17,563 nucleotides of DNA from Pseudomonadota bacterium (GCA_027486525.1 JAIXOY010000112.1:1-17563); one strand, 5' to 3'; counted from the first letter of the stretch, positions 1 to 7,887 are shown. A program made the numbers and translations. The notes: generated by a model from the sequence alone, not told the origin.

Positions 1-468
1 AAAAACGGCGGCGGTAGCACCCGTGAGTTGTATCGGCTCCCCCATCCGGTGGACTCCGAACGCTTCCTGCTACGACTCTCCATGGCACAAGTGGCGTCTG
101 ATGGGCCCTTCTCAATGTTCCCAGGCATAGATCGCACACTCCTGCTGCTGACGGGCGAAGGGTTTCGCTTAACGTTTCCAGAGCAGCTCGAAGTTGTGCT
201 GGATCAACCCCTCGTGCCGCTCTACTTCTCCGGTGAAGACACCGTTCAGTGCCAACTGCTCGAAGGCGCCTGCCAAGACTTCAATGTGATGATCGATCGC
301 GAGTGGGGTCAAGCGAAGACCCAACTTTCTCAAGCCAAAGAGTTCACAGCGACACGCCTAAGTTTGGTCTTTGATTACCAGCAAGAAATTTTGGTTGTTC
401 TGGGTGTTGGCGAGAGTTGGTCGAGGCATGAGTCCACCACAGTGATTGTGGTGGACGTCGATTATTAG
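1..468 (+). CDS. hutD: HutD family protein (cupin-like, Ves/HutD), 5'-truncated at window edge
   Basis: Frame 1 is open from nt 1 and translates to KNGGGSTRELYRLPHPVDSERF...PFSMFPGIDRTLLLLTGEG. I recognise this as the conserved HutD core (WKNGGG.T.E and PFS.FPG.DR.L.L.G.G). Stop TAG at 466-468. Only the C-terminal ~155 aa are in the window. Confidence 0.75.
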   Translation, partial: KNGGGSTRELYRLPHPVDSERFLLRLSMAQVASDGPFSMFPGIDRTLLLLTGEGFRLTFPEQLEVVLDQPLVPLYFSGEDTVQCQLLEGACQDFNVMIDREWGQAKTQLSQAKEFTATRLSLVFDYQQEILVVLGVGESWSRHESTTVIVVDVDY

Positions 469-469
469 C

Positions 470-2008
470 TTAAGCCGCTTTTCTCAAAGCAGAACAACTA
501 TCACTACCCAAGGCCTGGTGCGTTTCAGAGTAAGTCATTTTCAACTCGAGCGATTTTTCTTTCGCGAGGGCTTTCAACTCGACCAACTGATCCATCACGT
601 TGTGATCGATGTAAGGACAAGATTCCAACTCTAGACTCACCGAGTGGCCTTTCGTGAGTGAGTCCGTGATCTTTAACTTTAACTGCTCAAAGTTGCAGAA
701 GGTTAAAGCGCTCGTCACAGCAAAATGCGTCACGTGGTTTTGGTCTTCGTCAGTCTTAAAGGCTGGGCTGAAGGTGTCCTTAGGACGAAGCCCTAGATAC
801 ACTTCCACGAAGTACTGAACCGCAGCGCCGGCGATGATACCGACCAAGAGATCCACTGCGAGAGTCACCGCCATGGTGACCACGAAGCCGCTCAAATGGT
901 CCAGGCCGATTTTCTTGGCGTGAAGGAAGTGCGCTGGGCTTCCGAGACGGCTGCCGACCATGACGAGAATGGCGGCGAGAGATGCCAGGGGAATCAAGGA
1001 GAGGGCCTGCGGCATCAACAAGACCGCAGCGAGAATGATGAAACCGTGAGTGAAGTTGGCGCGCCAAGATTTGGCGCCGTAAGAAACGTTCGCGGAACTC
1101 CGGACGATCTCGGCGATCATCGGTAATCCGCCCAGAGCTGCACTCACCATGTTGCAGACACCCTTCGAGAGAAGATCGCGGTCGAGGTCACTGTGGCGAT
1201 GCTGCGGATCCATTTTATCAATGGCCGCCGCACTCAACGTTGTTTCCAGTGATGCCACCAGAGCCAAGGTCATGGCCACGCGCCAGCCATCGAAGGTTGC
1301 CATGATCGAGAAGTCCGGAAACACCAGCCAGCTCGACATGTCTTGTGGCACTTGCAGCAACTTCTTCGCATCGAAGCCAAAGACGGCGGCGACCACCACA
1401 CCCAGGAGAACGGCGAGCAACGGAGCTGGAACTTTTTTCGTCCAGCCCCATTTCATTTTTGGCCAAGCCAACAAGAGCGCAAGGGATAAACCTCCGGCCA
1501 TGAAACTGAGCGGCTGCATGTTCATGATCGCACGGGGAAGTTCGGCGAAGAGCATCACAGGATTTTTTGCAATCGGTGTGTAGCCGAACATCACGTGAAT
1601 CTGCTTCGCGATGATGATGAGTCCGATGGCCGCCATCATGCCGTGAATCACCGACGAGGGGCACATGAGTCCTTTGCGCGCTAACTTCAGCGCACCGAAG
1701 ACGACTTGAATCGCACCGGCGACGACGGCCGCGGCGAGCATGGCACGGAAGCCCTGCCCCGGTGAGCCGTTACCGAGCGCTTGAATCGCTTCGAGGACGA
1801 TCACGATCAGACCGGCCGCGGGGCCATTGATGGTGAGATTCCCACCGCCCATCCACGAGCCGAGGATGCCACCGACGATGGCCGCGATGATGCCCGCGGA
1901 AGCCGGGGCACCGGAAGCCAGTGCGATGCCGATCGAAAGTGGAAGTGCGACCAGTGCGACGGAGAAACCTGCACTAAAATCGGGCCGCCATGTGGATGAC
2001 TGTTGCAT
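470..2008 (-). CDS. SulP family inorganic anion (sulfate/bicarbonate-type) transporter with C-terminal STAS domain
   Basis: 512-aa ORF, ATG 2006-2008 with a GAGG Shine-Dalgarno 6 nt upstream. The body is polytopic, Gly/Ala-rich and hydrophobic, with SulP-type segments (GPAAGLIVIVLEAIQALG, MMAAIGLIIIAKQ). The C-terminal ~110 aa has STAS character (HVTHFAVTSALTFCNFEQLKL...SLELESCPYIDHNVMDQLVELKA). Stop TAA at 470-472 lies 1 nt from the convergent hutD stop. Confidence 0.9.
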   Translation of the reverse strand: MQQSSTWRPDFSAGFSVALVALPLSIGIALASGAPASAGIIAAIVGGILGSWMGGGNLTINGPAAGLIVIVLEAIQALGNGSPGQGFRAMLAAAVVAGAIQVVFGALKLARKGLMCPSSVIHGMMAAIGLIIIAKQIHVMFGYTPIAKNPVMLFAELPRAIMNMQPLSFMAGGLSLALLLAWPKMKWGWTKKVPAPLLAVLLGVVVAAVFGFDAKKLLQVPQDMSSWLVFPDFSIMATFDGWRVAMTLALVASLETTLSAAAIDKMDPQHRHSDLDRDLLSKGVCNMVSAALGGLPMIAEIVRSSANVSYGAKSWRANFTHGFIILAAVLLMPQALSLIPLASLAAILVMVGSRLGSPAHFLHAKKIGLDHLSGFVVTMAVTLAVDLLVGIIAGAAVQYFVEVYLGLRPKDTFSPAFKTDEDQNHVTHFAVTSALTFCNFEQLKLKITDSLTKGHSVSLELESCPYIDHNVMDQLVELKALAKEKSLELKMTYSETHQALGSDSCSALRKAA

Positions 2009-2026
2009 AAAAACCTCAGTGGGAAA

Positions 2027-2170
2027 TTAGTGACCCGCGCTCATCGCCATCTGCTGCAACTCAGAGACTGCTTCCACAGACTGCGGCGTGCGAGAGGTAT
2101 CAAAATTCGGTTGGGTAAAGTATGCGCCGGTGAGGACCCAGCTGAGTGTGATGAAGAAGCGCCAGTTCAT
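2027..2170 (-). CDS. hypothetical small exported protein (47 aa), possible leader/partner ORF of the SulP gene
   Basis: Internal ATG at 2168-2170 of the 2027..2248 ORF, with an AAGGA Shine-Dalgarno 9 nt upstream. The product MNWRFFITLSWVLTGAYFTQPNFDTSRTPQSVEAVSELQQMAMSAGH has a signal-peptide-like N-terminus. Its stop lies 18 nt before the SulP start. No recognisable family, and it is short, so this is speculative. Confidence 0.3.
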   Translation of the reverse strand: MNWRFFITLSWVLTGAYFTQPNFDTSRTPQSVEAVSELQQMAMSAGH

Positions 2171-2244
2171 AGTGTTGTCCTTGCAGGGACCAGATTCATT
2201 TCTGGTGTGACCCAGTATCGGACTAGACCTAGCAAGCACTTGAA

Positions 2245-2273
2245 GCATTATTGTCTGTTAATAAGAGACGCAA
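2245..2273 (-). promoter_or_regulatory. candidate sigma70-type promoter for the micro-ORF/SulP transcript (-35 TTGCGT, 17-nt spacer, -10 TAATGC on minus strand)
   Basis: The minus strand reads ttgcgt-ctcttattaacagacaa-taatgc about 70 nt upstream of ATG 2170. Hexamer match is by eye only. Confidence 0.2.
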
Positions 2274-2311
2274 ATCCCTGAATCCGGATCAACGGGATGG
2301 CCCAATGGAAT

Positions 2312-2332
2312 AAAAAAATCCTTAACTGGATG
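2312..2332 (-). terminator. weak candidate intrinsic terminator downstream of the 5'-nucleotidase gene (4-bp AUCC/GGAU stem, then U7)
   Basis: On the minus strand, atccagttaaggat is followed directly by ttttttt (plus-strand A-run 2312-2318), ~30 nt after stop TAG 2359-2361. The stem is short, so this is a weak call. Confidence 0.25.
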
Positions 2333-2358
2333 AGGGAAACTTAGCGGGTGCCTCGAAT

Positions 2359-3807
2359 CTATGGCAGGCAAACCAAGGGAGAATAGTCCCGAACGTGGCT
2401 CTCCATGCTCTCCCAATAACTGATGCCCGTGTCACGCGTATGACGGGCCAGGAGACCTTTCAGCATGGGGACTGTCTGCTCAATCCCGTACGCAATTTCC
2501 GTGGGAAAAGCCACCAGCCAACCTCGCCCTTCGATGGCGGTCTTCGGCATGGCGATGTCGAGACCAAGATCCAGGCGATTCACGAACGCCGCCACACTCT
2601 TCACCACCGTTGGCGCAAGCCTCACGGTGCCGATGGTCCAACCCCGATCACCGAACGTGCGGAAGTGCGGAAAATTATCGATCAAATCACCGAAGGTGAT
2701 CACGCCGGGATTGATGGTTTCGCCGGTAAAACCGGAGGCGTGAATCCCGACATCAGCGCCAGCACGATCGCGCAGCATGACGGCAAGGTGTTTCCCCCAG
2801 CAGCTGCGCTTCATCGCCGTGCGGCCGTCGACGTGGCCAGTGAGTGCGATCTGCGAGCGGCCAATCGGCTCATCCCAGGATCGACCGAAGTATGCTTCGC
2901 GGTCCTTCTTCGCTTGATCGACGATCACCTGAATTTTTGCGTTCACGGCCGTGGTCAGAGGAATCACATGCACCTGACTCGAAATCAGTTGATGCTTTTT
3001 CGTGACCGGATCGATGTCGACGATGACTTGACCCACCGCCATGGCATGGGCCCCGGCCTGCACCACTGGAATCCTCTGGCCTCTGCTATTTTTTGCGAGG
3101 ATCGGTTGGACTAGACGCTCGTGAGAATGAGCTCCCACCACAAGATCGATGCTGCGCGAGCGTTCCACGAGTTTCACATCCGTCTTGCTGCCAATGTGCG
3201 TGAGAACAATGAAGTAGTCCACCTTCGCATCTTTCGCCATCTGCTCGATGCGGCCGACTTCTCTCAGCGGATTCTTCACTTTCCCGGTATGGCGAATGGC
3301 GTACTGGTAGTGGAGCTCCGACGTCGTGAGGCCCGCGATGCCGATGCGCACTCCACCGATTGATTTCACCACCATGGATTTCACCAGACCGTGAGTCTCC
3401 GTGAGAAATTTATCATTCAGGTTGGCGGCCAGCACATCGGCTTTGATGTGGGCGCGCTTGAGTAGAGTGGCCAGTTCTTCGCCACCTTGCAAGAGATCGT
3501 GATTGCCGATGACCGTGACATCAACGCCGAGATCATCCAACAGCTTCAGCGCGGTGGCACCGTTCTCGGCGAAAAAGAATGAGGAACCTTCGCCGAAATC
3601 TCCCCCGTCGAGAAACAAGGTGGGAATGCCCTGCGTGGCCGCCTGCGCTTTCAGCCGATCGACCGTGGTCTTGAGTCGCGCGTAGCCGCCCTTTCCTTCG
3701 CCGCCTTCAAAATGGGAATGGAGATCATTGGAATGCAGGATCTGCACGCGAATCGCGTAGACCGGAAAAGCGACCAACAGCAGGCATGTGAGAAGGACCA
3801 AACGCAT
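2359..3807 (-). CDS. secreted bifunctional metallophosphatase / 5'-nucleotidase (UshA-like calcineurin-type phosphoesterase with C-terminal nucleotidase domain)
   Basis: 482 aa, ATG 3805-3807. N-terminal signal peptide MRLVLLTCLLLVAFPVYA. Metallophosphatase motifs ILHSNDLHSH, LDGGDF and VIGNHDLL. Length and C-terminal region fit the 5'-nucleotidase family. Confidence 0.88.
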   Translation of the reverse strand: MRLVLLTCLLLVAFPVYAIRVQILHSNDLHSHFEGGEGKGGYARLKTTVDRLKAQAATQGIPTLFLDGGDFGEGSSFFFAENGATALKLLDDLGVDVTVIGNHDLLQGGEELATLLKRAHIKADVLAANLNDKFLTETHGLVKSMVVKSIGGVRIGIAGLTTSELHYQYAIRHTGKVKNPLREVGRIEQMAKDAKVDYFIVLTHIGSKTDVKLVERSRSIDLVVGAHSHERLVQPILAKNSRGQRIPVVQAGAHAMAVGQVIVDIDPVTKKHQLISSQVHVIPLTTAVNAKIQVIVDQAKKDREAYFGRSWDEPIGRSQIALTGHVDGRTAMKRSCWGKHLAVMLRDRAGADVGIHASGFTGETINPGVITFGDLIDNFPHFRTFGDRGWTIGTVRLAPTVVKSVAAFVNRLDLGLDIAMPKTAIEGRGWLVAFPTEIAYGIEQTVPMLKGLLARHTRDTGISYWESMESHVRDYSPLVCLP

Positions 3808-3830
3808 AGGCGGAACCTAAATTTTGCAGC

Positions 3831-3849
3831 GGGAAATGTCGACTTTCCC
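3831..3849 (-). terminator. hairpin gggaaa-tgtcgac-tttccc (6-bp stem, palindromic GTCGAC loop) between the FMN-reductase gene end and the nucleotidase start; possible terminator/attenuator
   Basis: Perfect inverted repeat at 3831-3836 and 3844-3849. On the minus transcript it is followed 8-10 nt later by aaaattt. The U-tract is not immediately adjacent, hence low confidence. Confidence 0.3.
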
Positions 3850-3870
3850 TCTGTCGATTGTAGTTTTTAC

Positions 3871-4365
3871 TCAGGCCAAAAGTTGCTGGCACACATCCGC
3901 TAAGCTCGCAGGATCAAGCGGTTTATGGTTGGCGATGTTGATCTGGCGGCCCACAACAGTCATGCCAATGTAGGAAAACTGTAAGCGCATCATCACCAGG
4001 GCCTGCAAACCATCGCCCCCGGAGTGAGTGGCAATCGCCGCACGTTTTCCGTTGAAATGGACGCGCCAATCCTTGGCCGAAGTACTGCACCAAGCGATGA
4101 AGTTATTCAGCACCGGCGTAAGTCCCCCGTTGTACTCTGGAGAAACGAAGACGAAGCGATCAGCAGCGAGGGCCTCTTTGAAGGGTTCGATCGCCTGGGC
4201 GCCTGAGAGTTTGCCATGTTGCAAAGGTGAATAGAGGGGAAGATCGGCAGCGACGAGATCAAGCAAAGACACTCTGTGGCCGAGCGATTCGAGGTGCTCT
4301 TTGAAGGTCTGGGCCAACACGAGATTTTTTCCGTTACTACCGGCGACGACGCACACATGCTTCAT
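3871..4365 (-). CDS. NADPH-dependent FMN reductase family flavoprotein (flavodoxin-like fold NAD(P)H oxidoreductase)
   Basis: 164 aa, ATG 4363-4365 with an AGGAG Shine-Dalgarno (plus-strand ctcct 4372-4376) 6 nt upstream. N-terminal MKHVCVVAGSNGKN (flavodoxin-like phosphate-binding loop) and FVSPEYNGGLTPVLNNFIAW are typical of the SsuE/ArsH-like FMN-reductase family. Confidence 0.82.
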   Translation of the reverse strand: MKHVCVVAGSNGKNLVLAQTFKEHLESLGHRVSLLDLVAADLPLYSPLQHGKLSGAQAIEPFKEALAADRFVFVSPEYNGGLTPVLNNFIAWCSTSAKDWRVHFNGKRAAIATHSGGDGLQALVMMRLQFSYIGMTVVGRQINIANHKPLDPASLADVCQQLLA

Positions 4366-4552
4366 GGGGAACTCCTGGATTGAACTCTAAATTTACAGGT
4401 CCTTGACCCAAAACTGCAATGTTTTGAGGGGAGAGAGCGTCGCGCGTAATGATATGCGCAAATGTTGAGTTAAATGCCTGCGTGGAAGCTTGTTGCTGGA
4501 AATTTAACTCCCCCTTACGATATCCCTTTGTGTTTTCAACGAGGGAGAAGCC
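4366..4552. promoter_or_regulatory. divergent intergenic region carrying promoters for the FMN-reductase gene (-) and the flotillin gene (+)
   Basis: 187-nt non-coding gap between two divergent start codons. It contains TTGACC at ~4404-4409 and AT-rich stretches (gcgcgtaatgatatgcgcaaatgttgagttaaat). I cannot pin down the hexamers confidently. Confidence 0.35.
4543..4547 (+). promoter_or_regulatory. Shine-Dalgarno GGGAG for the flotillin gene
   Basis: GGGAG lies 5 nt upstream of ATG 4553. Confidence 0.6.
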
Positions 4553-6580
4553 ATGGAGTTGGGTTCGGCCATGTTAATTGGCCTTTTGTTCATCGGTCTA
4601 TTGTTAGCCGTCTTTTTACTGACCCGTTTCTTAGTCAACGTGGGCTCCGACGAAATCGCCATCATGGAACGCCAATTCCTGGGCCAAGAGTTGGATGCCG
4701 GTAACGTTTTCGCCAAGGACGGACAGGTCGGCCTGCGTGCTGCCTTCTTATCCCCGGGCCTGCACTTCGTTTTGTGGCCCTTCACTCGCGTTGTCGACAA
4801 GCCACTCTTCCTCCAGATTGCGGCCGATGAGTTAGGTATCGTTGAAGCCACCGACGGAGCTGCTTTGCCCGCAGGACGAATCTTCGCCGATGATCCGGCC
4901 GGAGAAAGCCACAACAACTTCCAAGATCCGCTGGCGTTTTTGCAAGGTGGTGGCATCCGCGGAAAGCAACTGCGCTTCATCACCAACGGTACTTTTAAAG
5001 TTCACCCGCAGCTCTTCAAGGTCACCAAGATCAAGAAGACCTTCATTCCCCAAGGGAAGATCGGTGTCGTGACCGCAGCCGACGGGGCCTCACTGGAAGT
5101 GGGTCACCTGCTCGCGGTGAGCATTCCGGATCATGATAATTTCCAGAGCGCGGAGAAGTTCCTCAAGAACGGCGGCCAGAAGGGTCCGCAGATCGACTTC
5201 TTGCGCCCGGGTACCTACAACATCAACACCGAGATTTTTAAAGTGGAAGTCCGTGACGCTGTCATCATCACCGACAATGAAATCGGCATCGTCGATGCGC
5301 GTGACGGTCAACCCATGAAAACCGCAGAAGTCGTCGTGAGCACACCCGAGGGCCACAGCAATTTCCAAGACGGGCAGAAGTTTCTTGCGAACGGTGGGAA
5401 GCGCGGCCCGCAAGAAAGCATTCTGACTCCCGGTACCTACTACATCAATCCGTACCTCTTCTCCGTGGCGAAGCGGAAGCAGACGCAAGTGAACCAGGGT
5501 GAAGTCGCCGTCTTGATCTCGAACATCGGGAAAGATCCGGGCGAGTTCGTTCCGGAGAACGTCTCAGCGGCGGATAAGCTGGCCACACGCCACGTCGTAC
5601 CCAAGGGCTACCGCGGGATCCAGAACCAAGTGTTAGGTCCTGGCTCGTACAACATCAACCCCCTCGCCTACACGCCGATCATCATTCCGACCATCACGCG
5701 GTCAGTGGACTGGAGCGCCGGTGAAGGCAACAACAGCAGCTTCGATCCGTTCCAGGTGGTTTCCCACGATGGCTTCGAGATGCAAGTTGAGGTTCGCTGC
5801 CAGTATCGCATTCAGCCGGAGAACGCACCTTACGTTGTCCAGAAGATCAGCTCGATCGCCGAGCTCGAGAAGAACGTCATTCATCCGCAGATCGACGGTA
5901 TCTTTCGTGCCCAAGTGGCCCGCTCACCAGCGATTGCGTATCAGCAGAACCGCGCCGAAGAGCAGAAATCGGCCGAGGAAGCCGTTCGCGATGACTTGAC
6001 GAAATACCGCGTGGAAGTGGTCTCGGTCATGATCACCAACATCCATCTGCCGGAAGCGTTGATGAAAACCACGCAGCAAAAAAACTTGGCCGAGCAAGAG
6101 AAGTCGATGTTCGATGCGAAGAAAGATGCCGAGCAACGCCGGATCGAGTATGAAAAAACCAAAGCAGAAGCCGATTCGCAGTTGAGAATCATCACGGCGG
6201 AAGCGGGGATTAAGGTCGCACAACACGAATCACGGCAGATGGAAGAGCGCGCGAAAGGTGACTCGGCCCGGGTGCGGATGCTGGCCGAAGCGGATGCCAG
6301 CCGTACTAAACAGATGGGTGACGCTGAAGCCGGTGTGGTTCGGGCCATCGGGGAAGCGCAAGCCAAAGCCTACCGCGATCAAGTGGATGCCCTCACGGCG
6401 CAAGGTGTGACGACTGTTGAAGTCGTGAAAGCTATTTCAGCCGCCGGGCTTAAAATCACACCGGACATTCAGGTGGGTGGCAATGGGGGCGCAATGGACG
6501 GTGGTCTGGTGCAAGTTCTCCTTGGCAAGATGCTCATGGATAAACCAGCCGTCGTGCTTCCTCCACCGACAAATAGTTAG
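4553..6580 (+). CDS. flotillin / SPFH (band-7) family protein, YqiK-like, with an expanded N-terminal domain
   Basis: 675 aa. N-terminal TM helix (MLIGLLFIGLLLAVFLL). SPFH core (FEMQVEVRCQYRIQPENAPYVVQKI...VEVVSVMITNIHLPEAL). Long Ala/Glu/Gln/Lys-rich coiled-coil flotillin tail (AEQEKSMFDAKKDAEQRRIEYEKTKAEADSQLRIITAEAG...). Stop TAG 6578-6580. Confidence 0.85.
   Translation: MELGSAMLIGLLFIGLLLAVFLLTRFLVNVGSDEIAIMERQFLGQELDAGNVFAKDGQVGLRAAFLSPGLHFVLWPFTRVVDKPLFLQIAADELGIVEATDGAALPAGRIFADDPAGESHNNFQDPLAFLQGGGIRGKQLRFITNGTFKVHPQLFKVTKIKKTFIPQGKIGVVTAADGASLEVGHLLAVSIPDHDNFQSAEKFLKNGGQKGPQIDFLRPGTYNINTEIFKVEVRDAVIITDNEIGIVDARDGQPMKTAEVVVSTPEGHSNFQDGQKFLANGGKRGPQESILTPGTYYINPYLFSVAKRKQTQVNQGEVAVLISNIGKDPGEFVPENVSAADKLATRHVVPKGYRGIQNQVLGPGSYNINPLAYTPIIIPTITRSVDWSAGEGNNSSFDPFQVVSHDGFEMQVEVRCQYRIQPENAPYVVQKISSIAELEKNVIHPQIDGIFRAQVARSPAIAYQQNRAEEQKSAEEAVRDDLTKYRVEVVSVMITNIHLPEALMKTTQQKNLAEQEKSMFDAKKDAEQRRIEYEKTKAEADSQLRIITAEAGIKVAQHESRQMEERAKGDSARVRMLAEADASRTKQMGDAEAGVVRAIGEAQAKAYRDQVDALTAQGVTTVEVVKAISAAGLKITPDIQVGGNGGAMDGGLVQVLLGKMLMDKPAVVLPPPTNS
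4829..5707 (+). repeat. intragenic tandem amino-acid repeats (~75 aa x ~3.5) inside the flotillin gene
   Basis: Copies at about aa 93-175, 176-250, 251-325 and a partial copy at 326-385. They share the pattern DG..L..G....(10)H.NFQ....FL..GG..G.Q...L.PGTY.IN...F.V. Each resembles the genuine first SPFH segment at aa 40-90 (GGQK...INxNTxxxEV-like). Confidence 0.6.
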
Positions 6581-6588
6581 GCGTACGA

Positions 6589-6618
6589 GGCTCGGGTCAA
6601 GGTGAGAAGACCCGAGCC
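6589..6618. terminator. intrinsic terminator hairpin between convergent flotillin (+) and VTC (-) genes
   Basis: Perfect 10-bp inverted repeat ggctcgggtc / gacccgagcc (6589-6598, 6609-6618) with a 10-nt loop, followed on the + strand by attcttaaa. It sits 9 nt after the flotillin stop. The minus-side U-tract is poor, so it mainly serves the + strand. Confidence 0.6.
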
Positions 6619-6622
6619 ATTC

Positions 6623-7234
6623 TTAAACTGTCTCAAGAAGTTGCAAGCCGCGAACGTATTTCGAGAAGCGACCCAAACGCCAAGGAAGGCAGCGGATGAA
6701 CTCGTCACCGAGCTTGGCCGCTTCGAGCTTATATTTTATCTCCAACACGGCGACGTAGTCGAAGTCCTGCCGCCAAAGATTTCTTCCGGCCGGGGAAAAT
6801 TCTATTCGTGTATCGAGTGTTACTCGTAAACCCCAAGCAGGTGCGTGGTAGTACCGGCGTTCATACCGATTTTCCAGCACGGGATACATGAGACATTCAC
6901 CCAATAAAACACCGTGGCCTTCGCGCAAAGAAGCAATCGCTGCAGCAGGATCGTAGAAGCGCTTGTCCCCATGATCCCCTAACTTTCGTTTCTCCTCGAG
7001 TTGCTTCCAGGCTCCCCCATCGTAGGAGCGCAGACGCCACTTCACGCGCGCCTCGTGGCCCGCGGTGTGGGCATGAAAACAGGCGAGATCCGGCGAATCA
7101 AAATACGCGTTATGCACTCGACGTGCTGGATACGCCGTCACAAGGCCCATGGGATGAGCGAGGAGAATGTTCTCAATCTGCTGGAGATCGCCAGATCCGA
7201 GAGGAATCTTCTTTTCGAAACGCCAGTCACTCAT
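6623..7234 (-). CDS. VTC domain protein (polyphosphate-polymerase-type CYTH-like domain, PF09359-like), cytoplasmic
   Basis: 203 aa from ATG 7232-7234; I reject the longer 7303 start. Motifs match what I recall of bacterial VTC-domain proteins: RFEKKIPL (R.E.K), YFDSPD, ARVKWRLRSY, LEEKRK, GLRVTLDTRIEF, LEIKYK, and C-terminal RFSKYVRGL. The start overlaps the stop of the upstream gene (ATGA at 7231-7234). Confidence 0.8.
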   Translation of the reverse strand: MSDWRFEKKIPLGSGDLQQIENILLAHPMGLVTAYPARRVHNAYFDSPDLACFHAHTAGHEARVKWRLRSYDGGAWKQLEEKRKLGDHGDKRFYDPAAAIASLREGHGVLLGECLMYPVLENRYERRYYHAPAWGLRVTLDTRIEFSPAGRNLWRQDFDYVAVLEIKYKLEAAKLGDEFIRCLPWRLGRFSKYVRGLQLLETV

Positions 7235-7887
7235 AGCGACCACCCTTCTGGCCAGTGGCCCCAGATGCGCCACTCGTTTGTCTTGGGATTCCAAACCGCC
7301 CACGCCGTCTCGTCGAGAGGGGGCAGTTCTTTTTCATGCATCTGCGCAAGTGCTACGAGCAGAGGCAACCGCCGCGACTGCCGAGACACCTCGATGCCAG
7401 CTGCACCTTTCCGTGCGAGCGGCCCTTCTCCATTTTGCAGAGTCAGAGTGAAGGGATGAGCAAACAGTGCGTAGTCTCCGACACTCTTCCCATTCACGAT
7501 CAGCGCACCCTGCGCGAGCGGTGCTGGCGAAGGGGTACGCAGCAGGACAGCGGCCTCTAGGCTTTGCGTATCAACGAGGATCATTTCTCGCTGTTCAAAG
7601 CCCTGGTCCTCATCAACCTCTATCGCAACCGCTTTAAGCCCGGGCTGGCCCTGCGTCGGAAGTGTGCGCATTAAGACCCGCAGGCGGTTCCCTGCAAACT
7701 CGAGTTCACCCTTCACCTCTTGACTGCGCCACTGAGAGTTTGTCCGAAGCTTGATATCGTCAAAGAGCAAACGCTGAAGCGAACGATGCCCTAGAGAAAG
7801 CGCGAATGAGGGAGCCGACTTTCCTATCAAGAAAATTCCCAACCCCATCAGCACAACACAAAAGACCGCAGCGAAGAAAAAGCGCAT
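7231..7887 (-). CDS. hypothetical membrane-anchored protein (N-terminal TM/signal anchor, extracytoplasmic domain), unknown function
   Basis: 218 aa, ATG 7885-7887. MRFFFAAVFCVVLMGLGIFLIG is the hydrophobic anchor. No motif I recognise. The start overlaps the DUF4956 stop (TGATG) and the stop overlaps the VTC start (ATGA). Confidence 0.6.
   Translation of the reverse strand: MRFFFAAVFCVVLMGLGIFLIGKSAPSFALSLGHRSLQRLLFDDIKLRTNSQWRSQEVKGELEFAGNRLRVLMRTLPTQGQPGLKAVAIEVDEDQGFEQREMILVDTQSLEAAVLLRTPSPAPLAQGALIVNGKSVGDYALFAHPFTLTLQNGEGPLARKGAAGIEVSRQSRRLPLLVALAQMHEKELPPLDETAWAVWNPKTNEWRIWGHWPEGWSL

Noticed and set aside
780-1664. Several 70-150-aa ORFs on both strands inside the SulP gene (780..1067, 896..1126, 1149..1583, 1218..1664, 1781..2030)
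   Set aside because: They overlap the 512-aa transporter CDS out of frame or antisense. Products are low-complexity.
2171-2358. Possible tRNA or small RNA in the 188-nt gap upstream of the SulP locus, and in the 4366..4552 and 13162..13306 gaps
   Set aside because: No cloverleaf-compatible segments (no GTTCGAATCC-like T-arm, no conserved D-arm). The gaps are better explained as promoter/terminator space. The ATCCGGAT palindrome at ~2283-2290 is too short to call an operator.
2395-3114. 239-aa + strand ORF inside the 5'-nucleotidase locus (also 2465..2743, 3121..3363, 3503..3685)
   Set aside because: Antisense to a well-supported metallophosphatase CDS. No start context and no recognisable domain.
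4504-4986. 160-aa minus-strand ORF spanning the flotillin start, and 4832..5072, 5090..5488, 5702..6366 ORFs inside the flotillin gene
   Set aside because: Out-of-frame or antisense shadows of the flotillin CDS, including the low-complexity coiled-coil region. The + frame has a Shine-Dalgarno, TM helix and SPFH homology.
7235-7303. Longer 226-aa start (7303) for the VTC gene, 306-aa start (10387) for the exported VTC-like gene, 569-aa start (16388) for metalloprotease paralog 1
   Set aside because: In each case an internal ATG gives the classic ATGA stop/start overlap or a 1-nt spacing with the upstream gene. For 10354 and 16232 it also places a clean signal peptide at the N-terminus. The longer versions would overlap upstream genes by 40-160 nt and add non-conserved, Arg/Pro-rich extensions.
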